From NCBI RefSeq assembly GCF_001194135.2, contig NC_068990.1, positions 64,665,468 through 64,729,467 of the forward strand: 64,000 nt of DNA. Direction: 5' to 3'. Source of the stretch: Octopus bimaculoides (taxonomy: Eukaryota). The position numbers and the translations under genes are program-made. Positions within the stretch are counted from its first letter, which is position 1, and every line of letters starts with the position of its first letter. Below are positions 41,429 through 54,129 of this stretch, one piece after another. The notes beneath the pieces were generated by a model. That model was not told the DNA's origin, did no database searches, and saw nothing but the letters and a program-made list of their open reading frames with translations.

Positions 41429-42420
41429 TCTCTCTCTCTCTCTCCCTGATGTATATACAATTTAGACAGTTCCTGGCTCGTCAATATTTGTAGCCTTAAC
41501 TATTTACAAAAGGCTTAACGTTGGCAACTAATAAGATAATCTGTTTCTATAGTCACCCTAACTGAATGAATTTCTGATAGCGTAACAACAATCTACCATA
41601 TTCGTGGATAAAACAAATTCTAATTATTGAAACGATCGTCACTGATTAAAGATTGTTATTACCGACATTTTTATTCATTTCTCTTTACATTCGTGTTGAA
41701 GTCTGCTTGTTGCTTATGTCGTAGAGGATGTATCGTTGCTGGACGAAAGTTACGTGTAGAATAACTGAAGCAAACTCACGTACATTTAACTTGATATTTA
41801 TTGCTGGACATAATGACATTTAGTGTCGGTTATTTACAATGAACAATATTAATAAATACTAAATAGGAAAGAAGGAAAAACTGTTCTGAAAATAAAGAAA
41901 GCCATCTGTGCGACATCATGTGGTCAGTCCAAAAATACACGGAGTCATCTGCGCAAATCTCCGAAGCGATCTGTGGCGTCAGCGGTCCATTGGCCGTCGG
42001 CGGCTGAGGAAGTCAGCCGCCTTACACACTCTGCGATGAAGCGAGTGCCACGAACAGTTTTTATTGGGAAGAAGTGGTTTATTTGTAGAGCCTTCGAGAA
42101 ATCCATATCACGCCACAGCCTCCCGCTAAGTGGTCGATTCATTGACCCATCACATGAATCACTCGTGATGTCTGACCGAGTATCTAGCCGTTAAAATTCG
42201 AATCCCTGCTACACATTTATACTATGCGGCGCATGTATTAACCTCATAATCAGTACATCTCCTCGGAATGTTTGGGTTAAGTGAATACTTTCTTCTGATT
42301 TAATATATTCTAGTAGCCAACATTTCACACTGAGTGCTGATAGGGGTACTCACTTGGATTCCTAAATACCTATTCCCACACACACACACACACACACATA
42401 CACAGTTAAGTATATATATA

Positions 42421-42610
42421 TATATATATATATATATCAGCTTATCTTTTTGGTTGGTCGACTTTCCCAAACCATTGCGATTCTTCCATGCCAGATGTCT
42501 CGTTCTTCCATAGCAGTCTTCATTTCCTCAACCTGATATCCATTTTCTTCCATAAGTTCAGCGATCTCCACTGGAAACCCACGCATGTGCATACAGGTTG
42601 CGGCAGACCA
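42421..42610 (-). mobile_element. RTE/RTE-X-like LINE 3' end with (TA)n tail
   Basis: ...ELMEENGYQVEEMKTAMEERDIWHGRIAMVWESRPT followed by a (TA)n run. Confidence 0.5.
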
Positions 42611-42689
42611 AGAAGAGCATGTATGTTTGTATGTATGTATGTATGTATGTATGTATGTATGTACACTTACATTTATGTATACACACACA

Positions 42690-44770
42690 TACATACACAC
42701 TATCACCTGTATCGATCAGACTGGTCTCAAATGCGCTTCCAATTCTTTCTCTTGACAGCGCCCTTCTTTTCCATCTTGGCCTAAATCGTCGTGGACGTCT
42801 TCCGTATAGTCTTTTCCCATCTCTTGGATATCACTGCACGGAATTATCTATTGTCTGTGAACTTTGCAACACGTCCGGCCCAGTGGAACTTCTACTTTCA
42901 GTAGCCTGCATCACGTCGTTCACTCCGCTCCGTTCTCGAATTAACTCATTTTCGGAGATGCTCTTGCAGTGATATTCCTAGCATGGACCTTTGCTGATGT
43001 TCCTCCCTCTTCGTCTCACTTACGTATAAGAAAAGCACAGGCAGGAATGTAGCATTGAAGTGACTAGCATATAGTCTTGTTCACCTTTGCTTTGAGCACA
43101 TATTTTATCGAGATAAATTCTTTCTATTCTGCCCTTAATTTTCACGAGATTTCAGCGTCCATGTCTCGGCGCATATTAACTATGTGTCCCAAGTGAATGT
43201 ACTCCTTTACCTCCTCGATTTCATCGCTTCCTATCTCTATTCGGCTTTGTGCTATGTCTTCAGAACACATGTACTTTATTTTCATGCGGTTCATTTTAAC
43301 CCTTTAGCGGTCACATTATCCTGTCAAAAATGATGCTTATTTATTCATGTTTTGAATTAATCTTGCATTGTCTTGTAGCTTTGAGATTTTGATACGATGA
43401 CTGTTAATTTTTAGAATGATATTATAGGGTTGATGCGAGAGGCCAAATCTGGTCAGTTTGAACATAAATCAGGTAGAGTATTTGGATTTGATATGGCCTG
43501 TTTAAATACTTAAAGGTTTAAGGCCTGCTGCTGCTGCTGAACAATGAGTGTCCAGCTTGGTCAGCATGGTCTGTAGCTGACCTATGATTTCGGCAATGAA
43601 TACGATTTCATCTACAAATTGGAAGTGTGTTAGTTTGTTGTTGGCACTCCGTCGCTTACGACGTCGAGGGTTCCAGTTGATCCGATCAACGGAACAGTCT
43701 GCTCGTGAACTTAACATGCAAGTGGCTGAGCACTCCACAGACACGTGTACCCTTAATGTAGTTCTCGGGGATATTCAGCGTGACACAGTGTGACAAGGCT
43801 GGCCCTTTGAAATACAGGTACAACAGAAACAGGAAGAAAGAGTGAGAGAAAGTTGTGGTGGAAGAGTACAACAGGGTTCGCCACCATCCCCTGCCGGAGC
43901 CTCGTGGAGCTTTAGGTGTTTTCGCTCAATAAACACTCACAACGCCCGGTCTGGGAATCGAAAGCGCGATCCTATGACCGCGAGTCCGCTGCCCTAACCA
44001 CTGGGCCATTGTGCCTCCATAGTGTGTTAGTAACTCACCGTTAATATTCAAGTCACCTCTCCAGTCAATGTCTCTGATGACTATTTCTAGTATACTTACA
44101 CGCGTCTTGCTTGATGCCCTTCTCAATTGGAACTCTTACCAATGACGATAATCGAGCCACATCAGTAGCGCTTTTGAAGTTCGCATCCCAGAGCAGTTTC
44201 ATGCATTACACCTCGAATCCTTGCATTTCCAGAGATTTCAGCACAGCATTCATCTCGACGCAATAGAAAGCTTTTTCGTAGTCGAAAGAGATGCACAGAG
44301 GCAGCTTGTATTCTTTCATTCGTTCTATAAGCTTCGTTAGAGTGAATATGTGATCCATCGAACAGTAACTCTAAGGGAAACCTACTGATGATCATTGAAA
44401 TGTTTCGATAGTCTAGTGACTATAACTCTTGTAAACAGCCTGTAGAGGTGAGACAAGAGGCATAGTTCTTAGATTTTCTTTATCATCCTTCTTATGAATG
44501 AAAATGGTATTTGATACCTTCCACAGTAGGGATATTTCACCCATCTTCAGATAACGATTGAAGCGTAAGAAGGGGATTTTTCACAGCTCTTCTTCTCCAC
44601 TCAATATCGCCGTTGTTACGACATTTTTTCCTAAAGCTTTATCTGCTTTCATCAGTTTGAGCGCATCGTGTTTTTTTATATTCTTTAAATTTTTATTTTC
44701 AATTTCACTGATCCAGAATAGGTGGCACTTGTTCTAACGTTTGTGACGGTGGAGAATCGAGCTTCGCTAA
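42690..44770 (-). mobile_element. Degenerate RTE-clade LINE (RT domain) with nested MITE and SINE
   Basis: MKADKALG, HKKDDKENLKNY, NINGELLTHFQFVDEIVFIAE (FADD-like), GLKMN..K.KYM, EEVKEYIHLG, RSMLGISL, FHWAGRVA. Confidence 0.85.
43635..44020 (-). mobile_element. SINE family D with 11-bp TSD, inside the RTE RT domain
   Basis: AGTGTGTTAGT is duplicated at 43624-43634 and 44021-44031; tRNA-like head GGGAATCGAA...CCCTAACCACTGGGCC. Confidence 0.85.
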
Positions 44771-46046
44771 TGATTTAAAAATACTTATATACATATGTNN
44801 NNNNNNNNNNNNNNNNNNNNNNNNNNNNNNNNNNNNNNNNNNNNNNNNNNNNNNNNNNNNNNNNNNNNNNNNNNNNNNNNNNNNNNNNNNNNNNNNNNNN
44901 NNNNNNNNNNNNNNNNNNNNNNNNNNNNNNNNNNNNNNNNNNNNNNNNNNNNNNNNNNNNNNNNNNNNNNNNNNNNNNNNNNNNNNNNNNNNNNNNNNNN
45001 NNNNNNNNNNNNNNNNNNNNNNNNNNNNNNNNNNNNNNNNNNNNNNNNNNNNNNNNNNNNNNNNNNNNNNNNNNNNNNNNNNNNNNNNNNNNNNNNNNNN
45101 NNNNNNNNNNNNNNNNNNNNNNNNNNNNNNNNNNNNNNNNNNNNNNNNNNNNNNNNNNNNNNNNNNNNNNNNNNNNNNNNNNNNNNNNNNNNNNNNNNNN
45201 NNNNNNNNNNNNNNNNNNNNNNNNNNNNNNNNNNNNNNNNNNNNNNNNNNNNNNNNNNNNNNNNNNNNNNNNNNNNNNNNNNNNNNNNNNNNNNNNNNNN
45301 NNNNNNNNNNNNNNNNNNNNNNNNNNNNNNNNNNNNNNNNNNNNNNNNNNNNNNNNNNNNNNNNNNNNNNNNNNNNNNNNNNNNNNNNNNNNNNNNNNNN
45401 NNNNNNNNNNNNNNNNNNNNNNNNNNNNNNNNNNNNNNNNNNNNNNNNNNNNNNNNNNNNNNNNNNNNNNNNNNNNNNNNNNNNNNNNNNNNNNNNNNNN
45501 NNNNNNNNNNNNNNNNNNNNNNNNNNNNNNNNNNNNNNNNGTGTGTGTGTGTGTGTGTGTGTGTGGATGGGTGTGATTTCATGAGTGGTAATGTTAAGTT
45601 TTGCCTTGTGTTGTAATAAAGTAAGGCACTGTCTGTGGCAACTGGTATCTGAACTGTTTGGAACTAAAGAAGTAATTAGAAATATTTCTTTTATTTGAAC
45701 GCTGGCTACAGGATCGAGCTGGGAAATCTAATATTTAAAAAATTTTTTTTTTTTACGCATATCAAATAACGACTGGAACAACAACAACAGCAACAACAAC
45801 AACAACAACAGCAACAACAACAACAACAACCATAATCGTTATTATTATGAGAATTTATTACATAGGCATGAAGCCATATATATATTTAGGGAATGGAAAT
45901 GGGACATTGTGGCGTTCATATTTTTCCCAATGATATTAGTGATGTAAGAGAAACAGCTCCAACTGGGAATCAAAATCAGGTGCTGAAAATTTACAGTCAC
46001 TCTGTAATAAGAACTATAATAATGTCTCTTTTTTTTTTAAATATAA

Positions 46047-46096
<50 letters not shown>

Positions 46097-46953
46097 AATA
46101 GTAGTGATGGTGATGATAATGATGTTAATAAAAATGCTAAGACTGAGAAGGATATTTAATTCAAGCATATAATATGGAAGTGATAAATAAAAGAGGAATC
46201 TGTATGTGTCCTCCTCTCTATCAGTCATCATCTGTCTGAATTTTCATAATCAAAAATAGTAATAATTAAAAAAAAAATAATAAAACGCAGAAACAAGTAA
46301 TATTTCAGATTTAGGTAAGAAGGCTGATGAATTTGGAGTGGGTGTGTGTGGGGGGGAGTTAGCTGATTAAATCATACCCCAGTACTGGTGCTTTGTTTTA
46401 TCGACCCCCAAAGGGATTACTAGGCAGGATTTGAAATAAGAATGTAATAATCCAGAACAAATAACACCAGGCATTTTGACTGATGCTCTACCAATTTTGT
46501 CCTTGTGATTGTACATTAGGTACAATGCTTGAAATTCACTAGTGAGGTGTTCGTTGATTTATCAACTCCCCCAGTACTTACTGGTACTTTATCAACCTTT
46601 GAAAGATAAAAGACAAAGTTGATCCCCACTCCTACAGTTTGAAATCAGAACAAAACTGATCGTAACTGCAAGGTGTTAAATATTTCCGGTTCTCTACCAG
46701 CTGTGCCACCCATAAAGATTTCCTTTTTCAAATTCAGAAGGATTTACGTACAAGTCTACAAACTTCAAAAACATCTATAGCAGAGGTTTACATCAAATCC
46801 ACCTCCAAACAAATAATAATAATAATATTATTTTCTATAATTTTGAATTTTTATCACTTCTTATTTTGAACTTGACAAAGACAGACTTACTGTTGAAACA
46901 TCATTCAACCAATAAAATATCAATTACAATCGAATTGCACTCTTTGTCTTGAC

Positions 46954-46993
<40 letters not shown>

Positions 46994-47506
46994 TAATAAT
47001 AATAATAATAACAATAATCAATGATGATGATGATGATGATGGTTTCTATTGAAGGCACAAGGCCAATTGTTTTGAGGGAGAATATAATTAATTGAATTGA
47101 CCCCAAGACTTGATTAACCCCGCAAGGATTTAAAGCAAAGAAAACCTTGGCAGAATTGGAACCGAGAACATAAAAGTGACATAACTAAATACCTCACTGT
47201 ATTTTGTCCTCCACCAATCTACAGATTCGGCCACTCCATAATAATAATAACAATAATAATAATAATAATAATATTAATAATGGTTTTTCAAATTTTTGCA
47301 CAAGGCCAGCAGTTTTAGTGGGAGAGGAATAGTCGATTACATTGACCCCAGAACTTGACTGGTACTTTATTTTAACAACCCTGAAAGGATGAAAGGCAAA
47401 GTTGACCTTGATCGAATTTGAACTCAGAACATAAACAGCCAAAATAAAACATTGCTAAACATTTTGTCCAAAGCTCTAAGGATTCTGCCAGCTTGCCACC
47501 TTAATG

Positions 47507-47539
<33 letters not shown>

Positions 47540-47904
47540 TTAATAATAATAATAATGCTTTAAAAATTATTATTCAGAGTCAATAAATATAAAATTTGTT
47601 GTTTTTTTTTTTNNNNNNNNNNNNNNNNNNNNNNNNNNNNNNNNNNNNNNNNNNNNNNNNNNNNNNNNNNNNNNNNNNNNNNNNNNNNNNNNNNNNNNNN
47701 NNNNNNNNNNNNNNNNNNNNNNNNNNNNNNNNNNNNNNNNNNNNNNNNNNNNNNNNNNNNNNNNNNNNNNNNNNNNNNNNNNNNNNNNNNNNNNNNNNNN
47801 NNNNNNNNNNNNNNNNNNNNNNNNNNNNNNNNNNNNNNNNNNNNNNNNNNNNNNNNNNNNNNNNNNNNNNNNNNNNNNNNNNNNNNNNNNNNNNNNNNNN
47901 NNNN

Positions 47905-47929
47905 CAACATCTGTTGTGTTACATGCAGG
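47905..47929 (-). CDS. Start of a third exon of the Cys-rich gene (PACNTTDV...), truncated by gap 47613-47904
   Basis: Long polypyrimidine tract plus cag; phase 0 matches the donor at 50729; starts with a P.C motif like the other repeats. Confidence 0.6.
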
Positions 47930-48180
47930 CTGAAAAGAAAATAAAAAGAAGAAAAAAGAAAAGAAAAAGGTGAGACTAGACTATTAACGAAAAAAAAAAA
48001 ATCATGATAAGTATATTTGTCACTATGGCAACTCAAAATAGTCTATGACAAACAAACAAATTAGATTTTCAATATGACAAAATGTTAGTGTGCGAGTATG
48101 CCTGTCTCTCTGTGCTTCTTTGTATGTCTATACGTGTGCATATGGATAATTTTACACACACACACGCACACACACACACG

Positions 48181-48214
<34 letters not shown>

Positions 48215-48424
48215 GAGACATGGATGTATGGTTAAAATGAGATGTTTCTTTCCCTGCCAAAGAATTTCTGTTCTACCTTGCAGTAGACTAGGTAAGTGTT
48301 TTCTATTATAGCTCCAGACTAAAGTTGAAGCATGTTGACGATCTTGAAAGAAAAGATCACATATATATATATACATACATACATACATACATACATACAT
48401 ACATACATGCATATATATATGAAT

Positions 48425-48700
48425 GAGAAACCACTAAGTGACGGGGATGTAAACACACCAACATTAGTTGTCAAGTGATGGTGGAGGAACAAACACAGAC
48501 ACAAATAACTAATACATTCATACACATAAATATATATATATATGGTGGGCTTCTTTCAGTTTCCATCTACCAAATTCACTCACAAAGCTTTGATCAGCCC
48601 TAGGCTACAGTAGAAGACACTTGCCCAAGGTGCCATGCAGTGGGACTGAACTTGGAACCATGTGATTCAGAAGCAAACTTCTTACCACATAGCCACTCCT
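48425..48700 (-). mobile_element. SINE family A copy; another at about 52145-52497(-)
   Basis: Reverse complement of the family A core and head. Confidence 0.8.
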
Positions 48701-48752
48701 ATATATATAAACATACATATATAGAAGTATATATATAAAGAGAGAGAGATGT

Positions 48753-48788
<36 letters not shown>

Positions 48789-48927
48789 CAACAGCTGTGT
48801 ACTTGTGACTAAGGAAGACCATTGCCCATACAAAATGTCTGACCATACTGACCATTGCCCATGCAAAATGTCAGCAATGTCCAGCAGTTGGCTTCACCTT
48901 GGTTAGCACCCTTGGCTTTCACACTCA

Positions 48928-48972
<45 letters not shown>

Positions 48973-49062
48973 GAATAGATAGATGCATACATGCATGCAT
49001 ATATACATATTCATACACATAGATACATTCATACATATATATATGTTAAAGTCTGTCATACC

Positions 49063-49102
49063 GGCCATGACGAAGGGTAATAGCCCTGAAACTCGAGTCG
49101 CC
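49063..49102 (+). ncRNA. Minimal type I hammerhead-ribozyme-like motif with one extra A in the core
   Basis: GGC|C(A)TGACGA|AGGGT-AATA-GCCCT|GAAA|CTCGAG|TC|GCC; palindromic ACTCGAGT in stem III. Confidence 0.55.
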
Positions 49103-49469
49103 TTTATATATTTATATTTATATTTATATATTTGATCCTTTATATTGAACACTCAATATTTCATCTACATTTAATACTTTATTTCATGGTGCCATCCATT
49201 TTTATTTCATTTTATTTTATATTATATATTGTATATTATATTATATATTGTATATTCCATATTCTATACCCCACATTGGTTCTGCAGGAATATAAATAAA
49301 ACATAAAAAACAGACAGTGTTGGAACTCTTTTAAACAAAATAATATATTCCTCTANNNNNNNNNNATATATATATATATATATATATATGATCGGCCATT
49401 ATTATGATTGACCGTTGACTGAACACTATTCAATTTTTTTTCTCCGTGTTTTTCTCCTTGTCTCCGTAT

Positions 49470-49506
49470 TCTTTCTGTTGAAGAGCGTAGCTCGAAACGT
49501 CAAAGA
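49470..49506 (+). ncRNA. Minimal type I hammerhead-ribozyme-like motif (A6U variant, extra A after A9) in a Penelope-like terminal repeat at about 49395-49597
   Basis: TCTTT|CTGTTGA|A|GAGC-GTA-GCTC|GAAA|CG|TC|AAAGA; palindromic ACGT in stem III. Confidence 0.5.
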
Positions 49507-49594
49507 CTTTCCGTATTCCCGAGCGTCATACTAATATATACTTTTGTTATTTACACCACCTGTCCTCGTCTGTTGTTATTATTTGTATATTCTC

Positions 49595-49634
<40 letters not shown>

Positions 49635-50729
49635 GCATGCATACGCACACATGCACACACATACACACACACACACATGCACACACATGCACATGCACAC
49701 ACACATATACAAGATGGAGAATATTTTCTTTAAAATCTGCAGCTTCTCTATCCTGCTAATAAATTCACATTTGTATCAACAATTATTAGTGTTTCCATTT
49801 ATGATAGTCAATATTTCAGTGGTAATCTCAGAATGAATGTGACCAACAGTTTATCATTTCATTCTGTAAGCAGAGTAGCAAAACTTTACTAGACTTTTCT
49901 AAAGGTCAACATGTAACACTTATTGCTATCCAGATTCTAATGATAGAATATTTTAGTATTTTGTTACAAATCGCCATTCCTCTTGGAGGGAGAACTGAAA
50001 TAATTAAAAGAAATGGAGAAGCATATGCTATTTGCTTACATAGCTTTAGTCAGAAGAGGAAGGGAGCACATGCAAGCCATTTTGAGAGTGTTCAAGATTG
50101 GTAGGATGGAAAAAGTTAATCTCAGACTGAAGATTTGACCAAATGTTTGCAACTGAGTAGACTCCAAATGGCAAAGATAATGGGGTTATACAGATTAAGT
50201 CTAACAACCACTTGTATTTAGCACGCGTGTGTGTGTGTGAGAAAGAGAGAGAGAAAGGGAGACAGAGTATAATTATATATTTACCTATTTTAAACATACT
50301 CTTAATTTTGAGCAGCAACAAATTGGAACTTGATCAATGTACAACCATGAAACTAAATGTTGCATATTGCTGACAATATAGTATAACTTGTAAAAATATA
50401 TACATCAAAACCTTTGACATATAAAAAGTCTCCTGAGGTCATGCAAAGAGCACCTGTGCTGGCACCATGTAAAAAGCAGCCACACTGATGCTATGTAAGA
50501 AGCTCCCATGTTGGTGTCACATAAAAAGCACCCAGTACACTATAAAGTGGTTGGCATAAGGAAGGGCATCCAGTTGTTAAAACCATGCCAAAACTGACAA
50601 TTGGAGCGTGATACAGCTCTCCAGCTGGTCAGCCCCTGTCAAACCATCCAACCCATGCTAGCATGGAAGTGACTTAATGATGATGGTGTGATGTAGGATG
50701 TTATTTATAAAGAATGCTTGAAAGCTTAC

Positions 50730-50956
50730 CATAGAACATGAGTAAAACTCAGTTTTCTTGAAGCCATAATTTTCAATAACAGACAAATGTAGTGGATCAG
50801 GTTTTGGACAATGGCAAAATACTTCCTTCACAGTAGATGGCAGCACTTTTGATCCTTTAAAAGACATCGATACTTCTCCTTCTTTACAAGTTTGTAACTT
50901 TTCAAGGTTCAAAGGTTTGCAGTAGTACATAGTGAAACGAGGACAAGGCTCATCAG
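50730..50956 (-). CDS. Cys-rich gene exon, (T)DEPCPRFTMYYCKPLNLEKLQTCKEGEVSMSFKGSKVLPSTVKEVFCHCPKPDPLHLSVIENYGFKKTEFYSCSM
   Basis: Acceptor ctctttttcag, donor gtaagc; 227 nt, phase 1 in and phase 0 out; CxCP motif. Confidence 0.8.
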
Positions 50957-51523
50957 CTGAAAAAGAGATAAAAACAGAATAAATGCAAAATAAATAAAGA
51001 AATAAATGAATAACTAGATAAATACATATATAAATAAATAGGACTTTTTTCTTTTTACTCTGAATGTTTATTCATCTGGCTATATTTTACAAATTTCTCA
51101 GCATTTAGAATCAAAGAGACTCCAACTCTGAAACAAGTTCTTTCATTAGAATTTTGATTTTCATTAGGTAATCATATATTCAAAGTAAGTAAGTAAAGAT
51201 CCCCTTCAGTCATGAATGACCAAGGGATTACACCTAGAAAGTTACTCTCCAAGGCACAAGTCCAGGTAAGGTTTTTTTTAAAGGAAAACCAGCATTCACC
51301 CATGCATACCAGCCCTAACTCTCCATGATTCCAATGTTATCCAAGGGAAAAGTAAAAGTTAATACAGCTTCACACGTTGCAACTCGTTTCTATAGCTGAA
51401 TGAACTGGAGCAACATGAAATAAAGTGTCTTGCTCAAGAACACAACACAGCCTAGTCCAAGAATCAAACTCACTACATCATGATTGTGAGCCCAATGCGC
51501 TAACCACTGAGTCATGTGCCTTG

Positions 51524-52078
51524 ACATCATCAATTCACCAACAACTGCAATTTATGCACACATGTACATCTGTGAAAGTCAAAACTTACAGATTCTCACA
51601 CAGTGACATGAAAGTGCACAGAATCATATATTTATGTATGTCTTTATACATGTATCTTATTTCTTTCTTTATTGCCCACAAGGGGCTAGACAAGGGGACA
51701 AACAAGGACAGACAAAGGGATTAAGTCGATTACATCGACCTCAGTGCGTGACTGGTACTTAATTTATCGACCCCGAAAGAATGAAAGGCAAAGTCGACCT
51801 CGGCGGAATTTGAACTCAGAACATAGTGGCAGACGAAATACCGCTAAGAATTTCGCCCGGCCTGCTAACGTTTCTGCCAGCTCACCGCTCTTTATACATG
51901 TATCTGTGTACTTTCACTGTGTCTACTTTCACTGCGTGTAGTTTCACTGAGTGTACTTTCACGCATATATCTGTGCACTTTCATGAGTGTACGTTCACTG
52001 GGTGGGAATCCATAAGTTTTGACTTTCATAGGTGAACATGTGTACATAAATTGAAGCTGTTGGTGAACTGATGACGTA
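51524..52078. mobile_element. Foldback/MITE with ~100-bp TIRs and internal 15-16-bp tandem units
   Basis: About 51524-51625 is the diverged reverse complement of about 51968-52078; (GTGTACTTTCACT)-like repeats at 51905-51965. Confidence 0.75.
51658..51888 (-). mobile_element. SINE B long-tail variant with 17-bp TSD, nested in the foldback element
   Basis: TCTTTATACATGTATCT is duplicated at 51641-51657 and 51889-51905. Confidence 0.92.
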
Positions 52079-52886
52079 TGCAAAACAATTCCTAATACGC
52101 TGACATTTCCTTTTAGTTTATCTTTTAACTATTATTTTTTTAATTGTTTAAGTCATTAGACTGTGGCCATGATGGGGCAACATCTTGAAGAATTTTAGCT
52201 GAATGAATCGGCCCCAGTACTTTTTATTAAAGCCTAGTAATATCCTATTGATCCCTTTTGCTGAACCGCTAAGCTACGGGGACATAGACACACCAACAGC
52301 GGTTGTCAAGCGGTGGTAGTAGACAAACAGACACACACACATATACACGACGGGTTTCTTTCAGTTCCCGTCTACCAAATCCATTCACAAGGCTTTGATC
52401 GGCTCGAGGCTATAGCAGAAAACCATAGTGCCCAAGGTGCCACGCAGTAGGACTGAACTCGGAGCCATGTGGTTGGGAAGCAAGCTTCTTACCACTAACT
52501 TCTGATAAGCGGCAAATGAATCCCCAGCCAAAACAAGAGTCGTATGAACCCAGAAGTGCGATGCTCACATTTGTCAACAAAGACCTTGAAGAAGAAACCT
52601 CCACACGCCACAGAATGGTTATGCATGGGTATGTTTGCAGCTAACTAGAAAAATATGGCAATATTAACTTGAAATAAGTCGGTGATTGTTAGCACACCGG
52701 GCAAAATGCTTTGCAGCATTTCGTCTGCCTTTATCTTCTGAATTCAAAATTCTGCTGAGGTCGACTTTGCCTTTCATCCTTTCGGGCTTGATAAAAGCAC
52801 CAGTTGAGCAACAGGGGTCGATGTAATCGACTGAGTCCCCTCCCACAAAATTGCATGCTTTGTGCCTATAGTAGAAAGTTTTATTA

Positions 52887-53312
<426 letters not shown>

Positions 53313-53603
53313 TTAGCTGCCAGACGGCAAGCAGGCAAAATCGTTAGCACGCCAGACGAAATGTTTAGAAACATTTCGATCGCCTGGGTTCAAATTCCGA
53401 CGAGTTCAACTTGGCCTTTCATCTTTTCAGGGCCGACAAAATAAGTACGAGTTGCGCAATGGGGTCGATGTAATTGACAGCGTTCAACCCACCACTACCA
53501 CTTATTCTCAAAATTACTAGCCTTGTATCTAATTTAGAAACAGTTATAGATGTTATAGAAACGAGAGGAAAAAATATTTCAGATGTGATTTATAAAAACT
53601 TAC

Positions 53604-53763
53604 TTTTCACGCCAATGTATCTGACGATTGAATGGGAGGTCGGACAACTGGTCTCACCTGGACATTTACAAATGTCCAGTTTTGACCTGTACATTGTTTC
53701 ACCATACTCTATCACTGTTTTACAAGCACTATGCGTACCGCAGTCTGGAATGTCGTCCTCTTC
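53604..53763 (-). CDS. Cys-rich gene exon, EEDDIPDCGTHSACKTVIEYGETMYRSKLDICKCPGETSCPTSHSIVRYIGVK
   Basis: Acceptor tttcacttcag, donor gtaagt; 160 nt, phase 0 in and phase 1 out; C-x5-C-x17-CxCP-x4-C. Confidence 0.8.
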
Positions 53764-54129
53764 CTGAAGTGAAACATGAATAAATAAATAAACATATAAA
53801 TAAATAAACAAGTAAAAAGGATATCAAATTCTTTCAACGGAGTAAGATTTAGTATGTAATAAAGTGTCTCCTTTTTTTTTTTTAATGGCTTGTTGACCGC
53901 CACTCAAAGAGAGAATAACTGGCTCTATGTGGTAAGAGAGAACCAATTGAAAGTTGGCCAGTCCGTATTCTGTTATCGGTACTACTGACATTGTAAAATT
54001 GAATGCTTTATCAATTCTTCCTGCTAGTTTTGTCAGAGCTTTTTGCATGGAAGCCGACTCCCACCCCCAGCACCACCACAATCCATAGCTGGTTCCGATC
54101 GTGAAACTCATGTAATGGACTCTCTCCGA

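Noticed and set aside
48809-48930. Minus frame ...NCWTLLTFCMGNGQYGQTFCMGNGLP* as the last exon of the Cys-rich gene
   Set aside because: It follows a (TG)n run without a clear acceptor, and the repeated motif is a local ~25-bp duplication. The 47929 acceptor fits better.
53824-54111. 95-aa minus-strand ORF as the upstream exon of the Cys-rich gene
   Set aside because: No convincing phase-0 donor before the 53763 acceptor and no signal-peptide character in that frame.
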